From the NCBI GenBank assembly GCA_964497925.1, contig CAZCFE010000005.1, positions 21,071-85,070 on the forward strand: a stretch of 64,000 nucleotides of DNA, given 5' to 3'. Source of the stretch: an uncultured Alphaproteobacteria bacterium (GTDB lineage: Bacteria > Pseudomonadota > Alphaproteobacteria > CAIYWZ01). Of the stretch, positions 19,013 through 29,529 are shown piece after piece; positions within the stretch are counted from its first letter, which is position 1; every line of letters begins with the position of its first letter. The notes under the pieces are model-generated. The model had not been told where the DNA came from, did not search any database, and saw only the letters and a list, made by a program, of their open reading frames with translations. The position numbers were made by a program, and so were the translations under genes.

Positions 19013-19543
19013 ATGAATTCAAAATCTATTTCTCAGACAAACACAACAGTAAAAGTTTTCTTAAGTATTATTTTTATGATTGCGTGCGCAAATATCTCTA
19101 TCCCTTTAAGCCCAATTCCTATCACTTTGCATACGGTTGGTGTTTTATTAATTGGGTTTGCATTAAGCCCCAAAGAGACCTTATTTGCTCTTTTAGGGTA
19201 CCTTTTCCTAGGCGCCGCAGGATTCCCTGTATTTACAGGGTTCATTGGTGGAATTGACATTTTAATCGGAATTAAGGCTGGATTTTACTTTGGCTTTGCA
19301 GCAGCAGCTTTTGTAATATCCACTTTGAGAGAAAAATTTCATCCATCATCAACATTAAGAATCTTTATCTTATGTTCTGCCGGGCAAATCTTAATTTATT
19401 CTTTTGGTGTTGCATGGATGTCAAAATTTATTGGATTTGAAAAAGCAATTTCTCTAGGACTTATGCCTTTTATCCTTCCTGGCATAGTAAAATGCGCTTT
19501 GTTTACAGGAATTCTAAAAGCATCTCAGATTTCGCGCAAATAA
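19013..19543 (+). CDS. bioY: Biotin transporter BioY (solitary ECF S-component).
   Basis: 176 aa with 5-6 TM helices and BioY-family topology and motifs. Confidence 0.65.
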   Translation: MNSKSISQTNTTVKVFLSIIFMIACANISIPLSPIPITLHTVGVLLIGFALSPKETLFALLGYLFLGAAGFPVFTGFIGGIDILIGIKAGFYFGFAAAAFVISTLREKFHPSSTLRIFILCSAGQILIYSFGVAWMSKFIGFEKAISLGLMPFILPGIVKCALFTGILKASQISRK

Positions 19544-19545
19544 AA

Positions 19546-20001
19546 ATGATCACATTGTCCCCTCTTGAATTCAAATCGGCTCTCTCTTCTGGGAGGCTTA
19601 TAGGATTTGATTTGGGGACAAAAACTCTTGGAATTTCAATCAGCGATACAACACGCATGATCGCATCCCCACACTCACTTGTCATAAAAGATAAACAAGC
19701 AAAAACCTTTGATCAAATATCAAAAATACTTTCAGAATTTAACATTGTTGGATGTGTTATCGGTCTCCCTTTGAGCTTGGATGGATCTGAGGGGCCAAGA
19801 TGTCAAGCCATAAGGCAATTTGTTCATGATTTTTATCAAGTTTGTTTATTACCTTTTCTTTTTTGGGATGAAAGATTCTCAACAAATATAGTTGAAAAGT
19901 TGATGATTCAATCAGATTTAAGCCGTAAGAAAAGAGCTCAAAGAATTGATAAAATGGCAGCAACATATATTCTTCAAGGAGCTCTAGACGCATGCAGATG
20001 A
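19546..20001 (+). CDS. ruvX: Holliday-junction resolvase-like nuclease YqgF/RuvX.
   Basis: The ATG at 19546 directly follows the bioY stop. The protein has the RNase H-like motif GFDLGTKTLGISISD. The listed ORF 19492 is over-extended into bioY. Confidence 0.8.
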   Translation: MITLSPLEFKSALSSGRLIGFDLGTKTLGISISDTTRMIASPHSLVIKDKQAKTFDQISKILSEFNIVGCVIGLPLSLDGSEGPRCQAIRQFVHDFYQVCLLPFLFWDERFSTNIVEKLMIQSDLSRKKRAQRIDKMAATYILQGALDACR

Positions 20002-21242
20002 ATATTGAAATTTTTAATTTTATTCCGTTCATAGGATTATTACTATCAATGGCAATTTTACCACAATTAATTCCTCACGCATGGGAAAAACATATGGGGA
20101 AAATATCAATTGCATGGGTATTCCTTTCAGCCTCACTAAGCCTTGTTCAATCTAAAAATTTATCACTTTACACTCATGCATTAACTCAAGAATATATTCC
20201 TTTTATCACTTTAATATTCGCTCTTTACTCAATATCAAGCGGCATGCATTTAAATTTAAAACTTCAAAATTCAGCAATTGTAAACACCCTCTACCTTTTT
20301 TTTGGCGGGATCCTTGCTGGATTCATTGGCACAACAGGAGCATCGTTATTACTAATTCGTCCTTTTCTAAACTTGAACGCACATCGAAAGTATAAAACAC
20401 ATTTAGCTGTGTTTTTTATTTTTATCATCAGTAATATTGGGGGAGCGTTCAGCACACTTGGAGATCCTCCTTTATTTGTTGGATATCTAAACGGAGTTCA
20501 TTTTTTCTGGCCTACTTTTAATTTAAGTATTCCCACTCTTGTGATAATGAGTGGACTTCTCATCATATTTTTCATAATAGATCAATACTTGTTCAGCAAA
20601 GATACTCCTGAGAAAAATTTGGGAGCCTTTTCCTTTGAAGGCAAGCGCAATATTTTTCTCTTATTGGCCGTAATCATTCTTTCGTGTTTTCCAATCCCAT
20701 CCTTACTCAGAAGTCTTGCTTTTGCTTTCTTAGGGGGTGTTTCTTTTTATATAACATCTTTATCAAAAAGGCACAAATGGGGATTCCACATGGATCCCTT
20801 TCTTGAAATTTTCAAATTATTTTTTGGGATTTTTTGCACAATTGCGCCTATAATAGAACTATTGAAAATGGGAGAAAACGGCCCTTTAAAAACATTTTTT
20901 CAGTTTTTAAATATCTCACCTAGCATGCCTTCTTCTGATTTTTTCTGGATAACAGGCTTTCTCTCCGCTCTTTTGGACAATGCCCCCACATATTTGGTTT
21001 TTTTTCATATAGCAGGAGGAAATGCCCAAGAGCTCATGTCAAGCAACACCTTAATAGCCATTTCTTTGGGGGCAGTTTTCATGGGAGCATTAACTTATAT
21101 TGGCAATGCTCCAAATCTTATGGTACGAAATATTGCAAATCATAAAGGAGCAAAAATGCCTCACTTTTTTGGCTACATGCTCTGGTCCTGTTGCATTTTA
21201 ATACCTTTATTTTTTCTGACTCAAAGGCTTTTTTTAAAATGA
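19992..21242 (+). CDS. Polytopic ion or solute permease (ArsB/NhaD-type superfamily).
   Basis: 416 aa with about 11-12 TM helices. The family assignment is tentative. Confidence 0.5.
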   Translation: MQMNIEIFNFIPFIGLLLSMAILPQLIPHAWEKHMGKISIAWVFLSASLSLVQSKNLSLYTHALTQEYIPFITLIFALYSISSGMHLNLKLQNSAIVNTLYLFFGGILAGFIGTTGASLLLIRPFLNLNAHRKYKTHLAVFFIFIISNIGGAFSTLGDPPLFVGYLNGVHFFWPTFNLSIPTLVIMSGLLIIFFIIDQYLFSKDTPEKNLGAFSFEGKRNIFLLLAVIILSCFPIPSLLRSLAFAFLGGVSFYITSLSKRHKWGFHMDPFLEIFKLFFGIFCTIAPIIELLKMGENGPLKTFFQFLNISPSMPSSDFFWITGFLSALLDNAPTYLVFFHIAGGNAQELMSSNTLIAISLGAVFMGALTYIGNAPNLMVRNIANHKGAKMPHFFGYMLWSCCILIPLFFLTQRLFLK

Positions 21243-22108
21243 ACGATGCATACAGCTCCATAAGCCTTAGATATAAAAATCAAAAAACACATCTTCACAC
21301 AGATGAAATTCGAACAGCATATGTAAATGCAAGGCTTCCTGCAACAAAAGCCGTGGTAAAAGCTGTGATTGAACGTTTCATTGATGAAAAAAAACCCTGC
21401 CCTCCGAATTCCATTCTTGATCTGGGATCGGGCCCTGGAACAGTTGCTTTGGCTCTGAAAGATATTTTTGATGTTCAACCAAACTTCACTCTTGTGGAAA
21501 AAGATCAAGGATTTATTGATATTTCTAAAAATCTTTTAGCACAAGAGCACAATTATATTCATGGCTGCATCTTAAAAGCTCCGTACGAATCCCATGATTG
21601 GGTTATCGCATCATATTCTTTAAATGAAATACCAGCACAAAAACATGATTCTTTCTTATTGAAATCTTGGAATTCTGCCCGTGAATTTTTTATTTTAATT
21701 GAACCTGGAACACCTCAAGGATTCAAAAACATTTTAAAAGCAAGAGACTTCCTTATTAAAAATGGTGCACACATAGTTCTTCCTTGCTCTCATCAAATGA
21801 AATGCCCATTACAAGAAACCGATGTTTGGTGCCATTTTTCCAAAAGGCTTGAACGAACAAAAGAACATAAAAATATTAAAGGTGGATCATTGGGGTATGA
21901 AGATGAAAAATATTGTTATTTAATCGCCTCAAAAAATAAGATGGGATCTACCCCAAGAATCATTTCTACTCCCAATCAACATTCCAGGCACTTGGAAATT
22001 TCAATATGCAACTCTGACGGCAAAATTCATAATAAAGTATACTCAAAATCCAAAAATTCTAATTTCAAGCAAATGAAGAAAAAAGAATGGGGTGATTCTT
22101 GTGAATAG
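21239..22108 (+). CDS. Rsm22-like SAM-dependent methyltransferase.
   Basis: The ATGA start at 21239 overlaps the preceding stop. The protein has the SAM motif LDLGSGPGT and a C-terminal Cys-rich segment (PCSHQMKCP...CHF). Confidence 0.55.
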   Translation: MNDAYSSISLRYKNQKTHLHTDEIRTAYVNARLPATKAVVKAVIERFIDEKKPCPPNSILDLGSGPGTVALALKDIFDVQPNFTLVEKDQGFIDISKNLLAQEHNYIHGCILKAPYESHDWVIASYSLNEIPAQKHDSFLLKSWNSAREFFILIEPGTPQGFKNILKARDFLIKNGAHIVLPCSHQMKCPLQETDVWCHFSKRLERTKEHKNIKGGSLGYEDEKYCYLIASKNKMGSTPRIISTPNQHSRHLEISICNSDGKIHNKVYSKSKNSNFKQMKKKEWGDSCE

Positions 22109-22132
22109 ACTTTTAGAGCTTAAAGCACAATC

Positions 22133-24079
22133 ATGTATTATGAAATACTAACTCCCCTTATCTTTGATTATCCTTTAACGTATCGCTGTGATTTTGATTT
22201 AAAGCCTGGAGATCTTGTTAAAGTTCCATTTCGCAACAAAGAAATTATGGGAGTGGTAATTGAGGAAAAATTAGGCAATATCAACTCGGAAAAGATAAAA
22301 GATGTCATTTTAAAATATGATGACACTTTAACTCAAGAACATTTAACATTTATCAAAAAATGTGCAGCATATACTTTTGAGCCTCAAGGGGATGTTTTGA
22401 AAAGAATTTTGAGTGGCTGTATTTTAGATAAGCCATCAAAAGAAATTTCTTTTCAAGGGTTTACAGATAACCTGGCAATTTTAAGCAATATCCAAAAAGA
22501 TGCCTATGAAAACATTAAAAAACTTTTTTGTGGTAATTATGTATGCGCATTCTTAGATGGGGTCACGGGCTCTGGAAAGACGGAAGTATATTTTCATTTG
22601 ATTTTGGATGCGCTAAAAAATGGGAAACAAGTTCTTGTTTTACAACCAGAAATAGCATTAAGTACCAGCTGGTTTAAACGTTTTGAAAATGCATTTGGGG
22701 TGAAACCTTTGATTTGGCATTCCCAAATTACGCCCGCTCAAAAGCGTGATCTTTGGAAATGGTCTATTTCAGGAAAATCCGGGGTTCTCGTTGGGGCAAG
22801 ATCCGCTCTTTTTTTACCTCTAAAAAATATAGGGCTAATCATCGTTGATGAAGAACACGACTCCAGCTACAAACAAGAAGAACAATTTATTTATCAAGGC
22901 AGAGATATGGCCGTTATGAGGGCGTATATTGAGAAATGCCCCATACTTTTATGTTCAGCCACGCCTTCCCTTGAAACATATGAAAATTGCAATCAAAACA
23001 AGTATCAATCTATTAAATTAGAATCACGATTTCAAAATGCTGCACTGCCAGACATCTCATTAATTGACTTAAAATCATATCCGGTTGAAAATTTTCTAAC
23101 CCCTCCATTGATTTCTAAAATTCAAGAAACTTTTGATAAAGGAGAACAATCTTTACTGTTTTTAAACAGGAAAGGTTATGCACCACTGACATTATGCAAA
23201 GATTGTGGAATTCGGGTTGCGTGCCCAAACTGTGCCCTTAATTTGGTTGAGCATAAATCTCCGCAACGTTTGGTATGCCATCATTGTGGATATGTTCAAA
23301 AATATCCTAAAGAGTGTTCAAAGTGCGGCGCCAAAGATTCCTATATTCCTTGGGGGCCTGCAATTGGAAGATTGGAAGAAACCATAAAATCACTATTCCC
23401 TCAAGCTCATATCGAATCCGTTGCCAGTGATGAGTACAGGTCTCCTAAAGATTGGGAAATTTTATTAAAAAGAATTTCAGATAAAGAAATTGATATCATA
23501 TTGGCCACTCAAATTCTTGCAAAAGGGCACCACTTTCCCAAGCTTACGTTTATTGGAGTAATTGATGGGGATTTTAGTTTAAATTGCATTGATTTAAGAG
23601 CTGCTGAGCGTACATTTCAGCTGCTATCCCAAGTCTCAGGACGTGCAGGACGAGACGGAGATAAAAGCTGCGCTATGATTCAAACACATGAAGTAGATCA
23701 TCCTGTTTTAAAAGCATTTATGGAGGGCAAGCGTAATGATTTTTTGGATGAAGAAATCCTTTTGAGAAAAAATCAAAAGCTGCCCCCGTTTTCATATTAT
23801 ATTGGCCTTATTTTTTCAAGTGAAGATAAAGGGAAAATCGAATCTTTTGCAAAAAAAATATCTATAGAACTTTATGAGAAATTTCATAAAGATGTGATGA
23901 TTTTAGGGCCAATTATTGCGCCGCTTTCATTTTTAAAAAACAAACACAGATATCGAATACTTTTAAAATCTTTTAAAAACCCTCTGGCATTAGAAAAAGT
24001 AAGATCTTATCTATTATCTTTGAAACTTCCATCTACAGTCTCCATGAAAATCGATGTTGATCCTTATCATTTTTTATAA
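22133..24079 (+). CDS. priA: Primosomal protein N' (PriA helicase).
   Basis: Walker A GVTGSGKTE, DEEH box VDEEHDSSY and Cys4 zinc fingers (CKDCG...CPNC...CHHCG...CSKCG). Confidence 0.9.
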   Translation: MYYEILTPLIFDYPLTYRCDFDLKPGDLVKVPFRNKEIMGVVIEEKLGNINSEKIKDVILKYDDTLTQEHLTFIKKCAAYTFEPQGDVLKRILSGCILDKPSKEISFQGFTDNLAILSNIQKDAYENIKKLFCGNYVCAFLDGVTGSGKTEVYFHLILDALKNGKQVLVLQPEIALSTSWFKRFENAFGVKPLIWHSQITPAQKRDLWKWSISGKSGVLVGARSALFLPLKNIGLIIVDEEHDSSYKQEEQFIYQGRDMAVMRAYIEKCPILLCSATPSLETYENCNQNKYQSIKLESRFQNAALPDISLIDLKSYPVENFLTPPLISKIQETFDKGEQSLLFLNRKGYAPLTLCKDCGIRVACPNCALNLVEHKSPQRLVCHHCGYVQKYPKECSKCGAKDSYIPWGPAIGRLEETIKSLFPQAHIESVASDEYRSPKDWEILLKRISDKEIDIILATQILAKGHHFPKLTFIGVIDGDFSLNCIDLRAAERTFQLLSQVSGRAGRDGDKSCAMIQTHEVDHPVLKAFMEGKRNDFLDEEILLRKNQKLPPFSYYIGLIFSSEDKGKIESFAKKISIELYEKFHKDVMILGPIIAPLSFLKNKHRYRILLKSFKNPLALEKVRSYLLSLKLPSTVSMKIDVDPYHFL

Positions 24080-24148
24080 ATCTTTTAAGAAATTGTTATA
24101 TAGGCGGGTTTGTGTTATAAACTCCCTTAAAATGTAAGGAGTTTGACA

Positions 24149-24751
24149 ATGCCCATGGAAAGATTTTTAACAGGATATCAAACCTTTCGCGAAAAATATG
24201 TTACTGACGACCAATCAACAATGAAATATTTGTCTATATATGGCCAAAATCCAGAAATTATGTTTGTCGCATGCTGTGATTCAAGAGTTGATCCAGCTTT
24301 GATTTTACAATGCGATCCAGGAGATTTATTTGTTGTTCGTAATGTTGCAAACATTGTTCCACCATTTGAAAAAGATGAAATGCATCATGGAACAAGCGCT
24401 TCGCTTGAATTTGGTATATGCTTCTTAAGAGTAAAACACCTTGTTTTACTTGGGCACAGTCAATGCGGTGGGATTCAGGCCCTTTTTAATAATGACAATC
24501 AAATTCAAAATGATTTTATTTCAAACTGGGTCTCGATTGTTAAAAGAGATGATTGCTGCTCACATAGTCCTGATGATTATGCAAAACTGGCTTTACACAA
24601 GTCTTATCAAAACTGTATGACATTTCCTTGGATAAAAGAAAAACTATTAAATAAAGAGCTTGATATTCATTTATGGTTTTTTGATATTAAGCTTGGAAAG
24701 ATACTTTCTTATTGCGAGAAAGATGAAACCTTTAAACCCCTCGAGGTTTAA
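24149..24751 (+). CDS. Beta-class carbonic anhydrase.
   Basis: Motifs CCDSRVDP and HSQCGG. The ATG at 24149 has AGGAG 8 nt upstream; the listed TTG at 24143 is less likely. Confidence 0.85.
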   Translation: MPMERFLTGYQTFREKYVTDDQSTMKYLSIYGQNPEIMFVACCDSRVDPALILQCDPGDLFVVRNVANIVPPFEKDEMHHGTSASLEFGICFLRVKHLVLLGHSQCGGIQALFNNDNQIQNDFISNWVSIVKRDDCCSHSPDDYAKLALHKSYQNCMTFPWIKEKLLNKELDIHLWFFDIKLGKILSYCEKDETFKPLEV

Positions 24752-24753
24752 AA

Positions 24754-24773
24754 AAGGAGGGTTTCCCCTCCTT
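24754..24773. terminator. Bidirectional intrinsic terminator hairpin between the convergent carbonic anhydrase and H+-pyrophosphatase genes.
   Basis: AAGGAGGG-tttc-CCCTCCTT forms a GC-rich 8-bp stem. An A-run lies on one side and a T-run on the other. It sits exactly between the two stop codons. Confidence 0.45.
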
Positions 24774-24777
24774 AATA

Positions 24778-26847
24778 TTATTTTGCAAGCATTGCCATCA
24801 AAAGAAGAGCAACGATATTGATAATTTTAATCATTGGGTTAATAGCAGGTCCTGCTGTGTCCTTATATGGATCACCAACAGTATCTCCAGTGATAGATGC
24901 CTTATGCGCATCCGAACCTTTTCCACCAAAATTTCCATCTTCAATATATTTCTTCGCATTATCCCAAGCTCCACCACCAGAAGTCATCGAAACTGCAACA
25001 AAGAAGCCTGTCACGATTGTTCCCATAAGCATCGCACCAAGGCATGTGAAAGCCTGTACTTGACCTTGCATAAATTGAACAGTGAAGTAAACAATAACTG
25101 GCGCAAGAACTGGTAATAAAGAAGGTAAAATCATTTCTTTGATTGCTGTCTTAGTCAAAATATCTACAGCTTTTCCGTATTCTGGCATCGCCGTACCTTC
25201 CATAATTCCAGGTATCTCTTTGAATTGACGACGAACTTCAACAACAACTGATCCACCAGCTCTTCCAACAGCCATCATTCCCATGGATGCAAAATAGAAA
25301 GGAAGCATGCCGCCAATTAAAAGGCCCATCACAACATACGGATCTTGCAGAACGAAAGCAACGCCAAGGTCTGGGAAATAGTGAGTTAAGTCTTCTGTAT
25401 AAGTTACGAACAAAACAAGAGCAGCAAGAGCAGCCGAACCGATTGCGTATCCTTTTGTAACAGCTTTGGTTGTGTTCCCAACAGCATCTAACGCATCTGT
25501 CACTTTTCTCACGTTTGCAGGAAGGTTTGACATTTCTGCAATACCACCAGCATTATCTGTAACTGGACCATAAGCATCAAGAGCAACAATCATACCTGCA
25601 AGAGCAAGCATTGCGGTTGCCGCAATCGCAACACCAAAAATACCCGCATTTTTATATGAAAAGAAAATACCTGCGCAAATCACAATAACCGGAAGAACTG
25701 TTGCTTCCATAGAAACAGCAAGACCTTGGATAATGTTTGTTGCATGTCCGGTTGTCGACGCTTCGGCAATACTGCGAACAGGTCTGTATGAAGTTGATGT
25801 ATAGTATTCTGTGATCCACATCAACCCGCCTGTTACACCAAGACCTGTTAATGCGCAATAAATAAGATTTTTTGAATCAAAGCTAATGTTAGCAACAGCA
25901 AAAGTTTGATCTCCAATCATAATTTGCGTACCAATCACAATTAAAAGAGCTGAGATAACAGATGCTGCTATCACACCTTTATAAAGAGCTGACATAACTT
26001 TTTCATCCGAACCCAAACGCACAAAAAACGTTCCAATGATCGAACCAATAATAGAAACAGCTGCAATCATCAAAGGATAAAGAATCATAGATTCAATATT
26101 TTGAAAGTAAAGAGCAGCCAAAACCATTGTTGCAACGATTGTAACTGTATATGTCTCAAAAAGATCAGCAGCCATTCCTGCACAATCACCAACGTTATCA
26201 CCAACGTTATCAGCAATAACTGCTGGATTTCTTGGATCATCTTCTGGGATTCCTGCCTCAATTTTCCCCACTAAATCAGCACCAACATCAGCACCTTTTG
26301 TAAAAATTCCTCCGCCAAGACGCGCAAAAATTGAGATAAGAGATGCCCCAAAGCTTAAAGCGACCAACCCTTCCATCATAGGGCGACCCGTCACTTGAGC
26401 TTTAACCAATGTAAGATAATAAATAATAATACCAAGCAAACCAAGCCCCACAACAAGCATACCTGTAATGGCCCCTGATTTGAATGCAATGTCAAGAGCT
26501 GGACTCATTCCATGACGGGCAGCTTCTGCGGTACGAACGTTCGCACGAACAGAAACAATCATGCCTACATAACCTGCAACACCAGAAAGAACCGCCCCTA
26601 AGATGAATCCCATTGCCGCCCAAATTCCAAGAACTGATGCAAGAATAATCGTAACAAAAGCCCCCACAATTCCAATTGCTTTATATTGACGATTCAAATA
26701 GGCCATAGCACCTTCTTGAATTGCCCCTGAAATTTGTTGCATACGTTCCGTTCCAGTTCCTGATTTCATAACTGAACGGCCTGCATAAAATCCATACCCC
26801 AGCGCTAAAATGGCGCAAAGAATAATGAATAAGTATGTTAATTCCAT
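24778..26847 (-). CDS. hppA: Membrane-bound H+-translocating pyrophosphatase.
   Basis: 689 aa, highly hydrophobic, with V-PPase motifs GGGxWDNAKK and DNVGDNVGD. Confidence 0.93.
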   Translation of the reverse strand: MELTYLFIILCAILALGYGFYAGRSVMKSGTGTERMQQISGAIQEGAMAYLNRQYKAIGIVGAFVTIILASVLGIWAAMGFILGAVLSGVAGYVGMIVSVRANVRTAEAARHGMSPALDIAFKSGAITGMLVVGLGLLGIIIYYLTLVKAQVTGRPMMEGLVALSFGASLISIFARLGGGIFTKGADVGADLVGKIEAGIPEDDPRNPAVIADNVGDNVGDCAGMAADLFETYTVTIVATMVLAALYFQNIESMILYPLMIAAVSIIGSIIGTFFVRLGSDEKVMSALYKGVIAASVISALLIVIGTQIMIGDQTFAVANISFDSKNLIYCALTGLGVTGGLMWITEYYTSTSYRPVRSIAEASTTGHATNIIQGLAVSMEATVLPVIVICAGIFFSYKNAGIFGVAIAATAMLALAGMIVALDAYGPVTDNAGGIAEMSNLPANVRKVTDALDAVGNTTKAVTKGYAIGSAALAALVLFVTYTEDLTHYFPDLGVAFVLQDPYVVMGLLIGGMLPFYFASMGMMAVGRAGGSVVVEVRRQFKEIPGIMEGTAMPEYGKAVDILTKTAIKEMILPSLLPVLAPVIVYFTVQFMQGQVQAFTCLGAMLMGTIVTGFFVAVSMTSGGGAWDNAKKYIEDGNFGGKGSDAHKASITGDTVGDPYKDTAGPAINPMIKIINIVALLLMAMLAK

Positions 26848-27002
26848 TTATTTTCTCCTAAAAATTTATATAATTATTTTAAAGTCGTTTGTTTAATGTG
26901 ACTTAATTAAAACCATTATAATTTTTTATTACAAATTTTGCTATCAAAATTATATAGTTTTGTCAAAATTTATTCTTGTGTTGCATTTCAGCACCACTTA
27001 TT

Positions 27003-27458
27003 TCAAACTTCATCATCTGAAGAATCACCCAAAAAGGATTCTCTTCTTTTGTTAGACTTAAAAGATCTAGCAGGCTTTTCAAGCGCTTCTTTTGATTCTT
27101 TAATAATAATTTTATATTTTTCATATTCTTCTCTTAGATATCGATCTTTAAATCGTTTTCCAAATATACGTAAAAAATTAAGATCTTCTAATGACATTTG
27201 CTCCGGAATACAAGTAATCATATTGTGAGCCAACTTCATTTTCCAAATATGAGATGATGGTGTTTTTAAAATTTGGATTAATTCTCCACAAAGGATATCC
27301 GTACCTGATAATCTTGTTTTATCTGTAAAAAAAAGATTCAAATCCTCTTCTGATTGCGCAAAAACTACTTCTTTCGTGCTATTGTTAAACTCTAAATCAA
27401 TTATACTGCTTGCTTGAACTTTTTGAAGCATAAATACCGCTATAAATATATATTTCAT
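27003..27458 (-). CDS. Hypothetical small secreted protein with an acidic C-terminus (orphan).
   Basis: The ATG at 27458 is preceded by AGAGGG and starts MKYIFIAVFMLQKVQASS (signal peptide). The tail ends DSSDDEV. The gene is very AT-rich and flanked by AT-rich spacers. Confidence 0.45.
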   Translation of the reverse strand: MKYIFIAVFMLQKVQASSIIDLEFNNSTKEVVFAQSEEDLNLFFTDKTRLSGTDILCGELIQILKTPSSHIWKMKLAHNMITCIPEQMSLEDLNFLRIFGKRFKDRYLREEYEKYKIIIKESKEALEKPARSFKSNKRRESFLGDSSDDEV

Positions 27459-27594
27459 AAAACCCTCTTTTAGTTGATATTTTATTTTCAATATATACTT
27501 GTTTAATTTGTAATAATAAAGCTTTTTTCAATATCGCATTATTTTATAGATTATGATATAGTCCGATTCATGTTGGTTTTAAAATGGTTAATTA

Positions 27595-29526
27595 TTGAAA
27601 ATGAATAGAAAAATATGGCACCCAAGCGCAAATCGCGTTCGAAAAAGCAGAGTTTTAAGCTTTATAAAGAATCTGGAAGAAGACATTGATGACTTTCAGG
27701 AGCTTCATGAATTTTCAATAAATTTCCCAGATAAGTTTTGGGGAGCTGCCTGGGATTTTTTTGAAATAATTGGCCAAAAAGGTGACACCATCTATCAACC
27801 TCATGAAATTTTTTATAAAAGTTCCTATTTTCCAAATGCAAAAATAAATTTTGCACAAAACATGATTAAGCACAAAGGCTCAGATGAAGCAATTGTTTTT
27901 TGGGGTGAGAATAAAGATCGACGAGCTTTTACATTTGATGATGTAAACAAAAAGTCAATCGCGTTTGCAAAAAGTTTACTTGATTGTGGAATTTTAGCTG
28001 GAGATAGAGTCGCAGCATACGTCCCCAATATCCCCGAGGTCATTATATCCATGATTGGAGCAAGCGCAGTTGGCGCGATCTGGTCTTCATGCTCCCCTGA
28101 TTTTGGAATTAACGGCGTGTTAGATCGGTTTTCCCAAATTGAGCCCAAAGTTTTGATTACAACAGATGGATACATGTATGGGGGGAAATACCACTGCAAT
28201 CTTGAGAAACTCCCCCAAATCCTAGAAGGGTTACCTAGCGTTGAAAAAGTAATTGTGATTCCTTTTTTTCAAGAAGCCAAAGATATGCCAGAAAATGCCA
28301 TTCTTTTTAATGACTTTATTGCAAACCAAGATACATCAAACTTTATATTTGAATTATTTCCATTTGATCACCCTTTGTATATCTTATTCTCCTCAGGAAC
28401 AACCGGAAAACCAAAATGCATTGTTCATGGAGCAGGAAGGGTCTTGCTACAACATTTGAAAGAACATCAACTGCATAGCGATATTCAAAAAAAAGATCGT
28501 GTTTTTTATTTTTCAACATGCGGCTGGATGATGTGGAATTGGCAAGCATCGGCTCTTGCAAGTGGCGCAACATTAATCCTATATGACGGATCTCCGTTTG
28601 CATACAAAGGTAAAATCTTGCTTGATTTGGCCTCGTCTGAACGTGTGACATTTTTTGGTGTTTCAGCAAAATATATTGATGCATTGTCCAAAACAAGCAT
28701 TATCCCAAACAGTTTATATGAGTTTGAATCTTTACGCACAATTGCCTCAACTGGATCCCCTTTGTCCCCAGAAGGATTTGATTTTATCTATTCTTCTTTT
28801 AAATCAGATGTTCAATTAGCCTCTATTTCTGGAGGAACAGATTTGGTTGGATGTTTTGTTCTTGGGAACCCAATAGGGCCTGTGTATCGAGGAGAAATTC
28901 AATCTTCCGGACTTGGGATGATGGTGGATGTTTTGAATGACCAGGGCGTTTCTGTCATAGAAGAAAAAGGTGAATTGGTTTGCAAAAACCCATTCATGTC
29001 CCAACCGATTTATTTTTGGAATGATAAAGATGACGTGAAACGGATTGAAACATATTTTTCAAAATATCAAGGAATATGGCATCATGGAGATTACGTTGAA
29101 AAAACTTGCAATGGGGGCTTTATCATTCATGGAAGGTCAGACACGACTTTGAATCCAGGAGGTGTTCGAATCGGCACAGCAGAAATTTATCGTCAAGTTG
29201 AAAAAGTAGAAGAAGTCTTTGAATCTTTGGTTATTGGACAAGAGTATCAAAATGATGTTCGCGTGATTTTATTTGTAAAACTTAAAGAAGGTATTCTTCT
29301 GTGTGATAATTTAATTGATAAAATAAAACACGAAATAAGAGAAAATGCAACACCAAGACACGTGCCGGCAAAAGTGATTCAAGTTCCAGATATCCCAAAA
29401 ACAAAATCTGGAAAAATCACTGAAATTGCTGTTAGGGATTTAATTCATGGCAAGAAAATCAATAATGTAGAAGCAATTTTAAATCCAGAATCTTTGATTT
29501 TTTATGAACAACTGGTTATTGATTGA
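27595..29526 (+). CDS. Acetoacetyl-CoA synthetase (acetoacetate-CoA ligase).
   Basis: 643 aa with AMP-binding motifs SSGTTGKPK and AACS-specific N-terminal motifs (WHPS..., AIWSSCSPDFG). Confidence 0.8.
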   Translation: MKMNRKIWHPSANRVRKSRVLSFIKNLEEDIDDFQELHEFSINFPDKFWGAAWDFFEIIGQKGDTIYQPHEIFYKSSYFPNAKINFAQNMIKHKGSDEAIVFWGENKDRRAFTFDDVNKKSIAFAKSLLDCGILAGDRVAAYVPNIPEVIISMIGASAVGAIWSSCSPDFGINGVLDRFSQIEPKVLITTDGYMYGGKYHCNLEKLPQILEGLPSVEKVIVIPFFQEAKDMPENAILFNDFIANQDTSNFIFELFPFDHPLYILFSSGTTGKPKCIVHGAGRVLLQHLKEHQLHSDIQKKDRVFYFSTCGWMMWNWQASALASGATLILYDGSPFAYKGKILLDLASSERVTFFGVSAKYIDALSKTSIIPNSLYEFESLRTIASTGSPLSPEGFDFIYSSFKSDVQLASISGGTDLVGCFVLGNPIGPVYRGEIQSSGLGMMVDVLNDQGVSVIEEKGELVCKNPFMSQPIYFWNDKDDVKRIETYFSKYQGIWHHGDYVEKTCNGGFIIHGRSDTTLNPGGVRIGTAEIYRQVEKVEEVFESLVIGQEYQNDVRVILFVKLKEGILLCDNLIDKIKHEIRENATPRHVPAKVIQVPDIPKTKSGKITEIAVRDLIHGKKINNVEAILNPESLIFYEQLVID

Positions 29527-29529
29527 AAT

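Noticed and set aside
24119-24144. A hairpin (AAACTCC...GGAGTTT) that could sequester the carbonic anhydrase Shine-Dalgarno sequence.
   Set aside because: The stem is 7 bp and AT-rich. Its left arm overlaps the -10 element of the best upstream promoter candidate (TTGTTA-17-TATAAA, 24093-24121), so it would probably not be in the transcript.
26938-27228. A + strand ORF of 96 aa overlaps the - strand small secreted protein gene.
   Set aside because: It has no RBS and a low-complexity translation, and it overlaps a better-supported - strand gene that has a signal peptide and an RBS.
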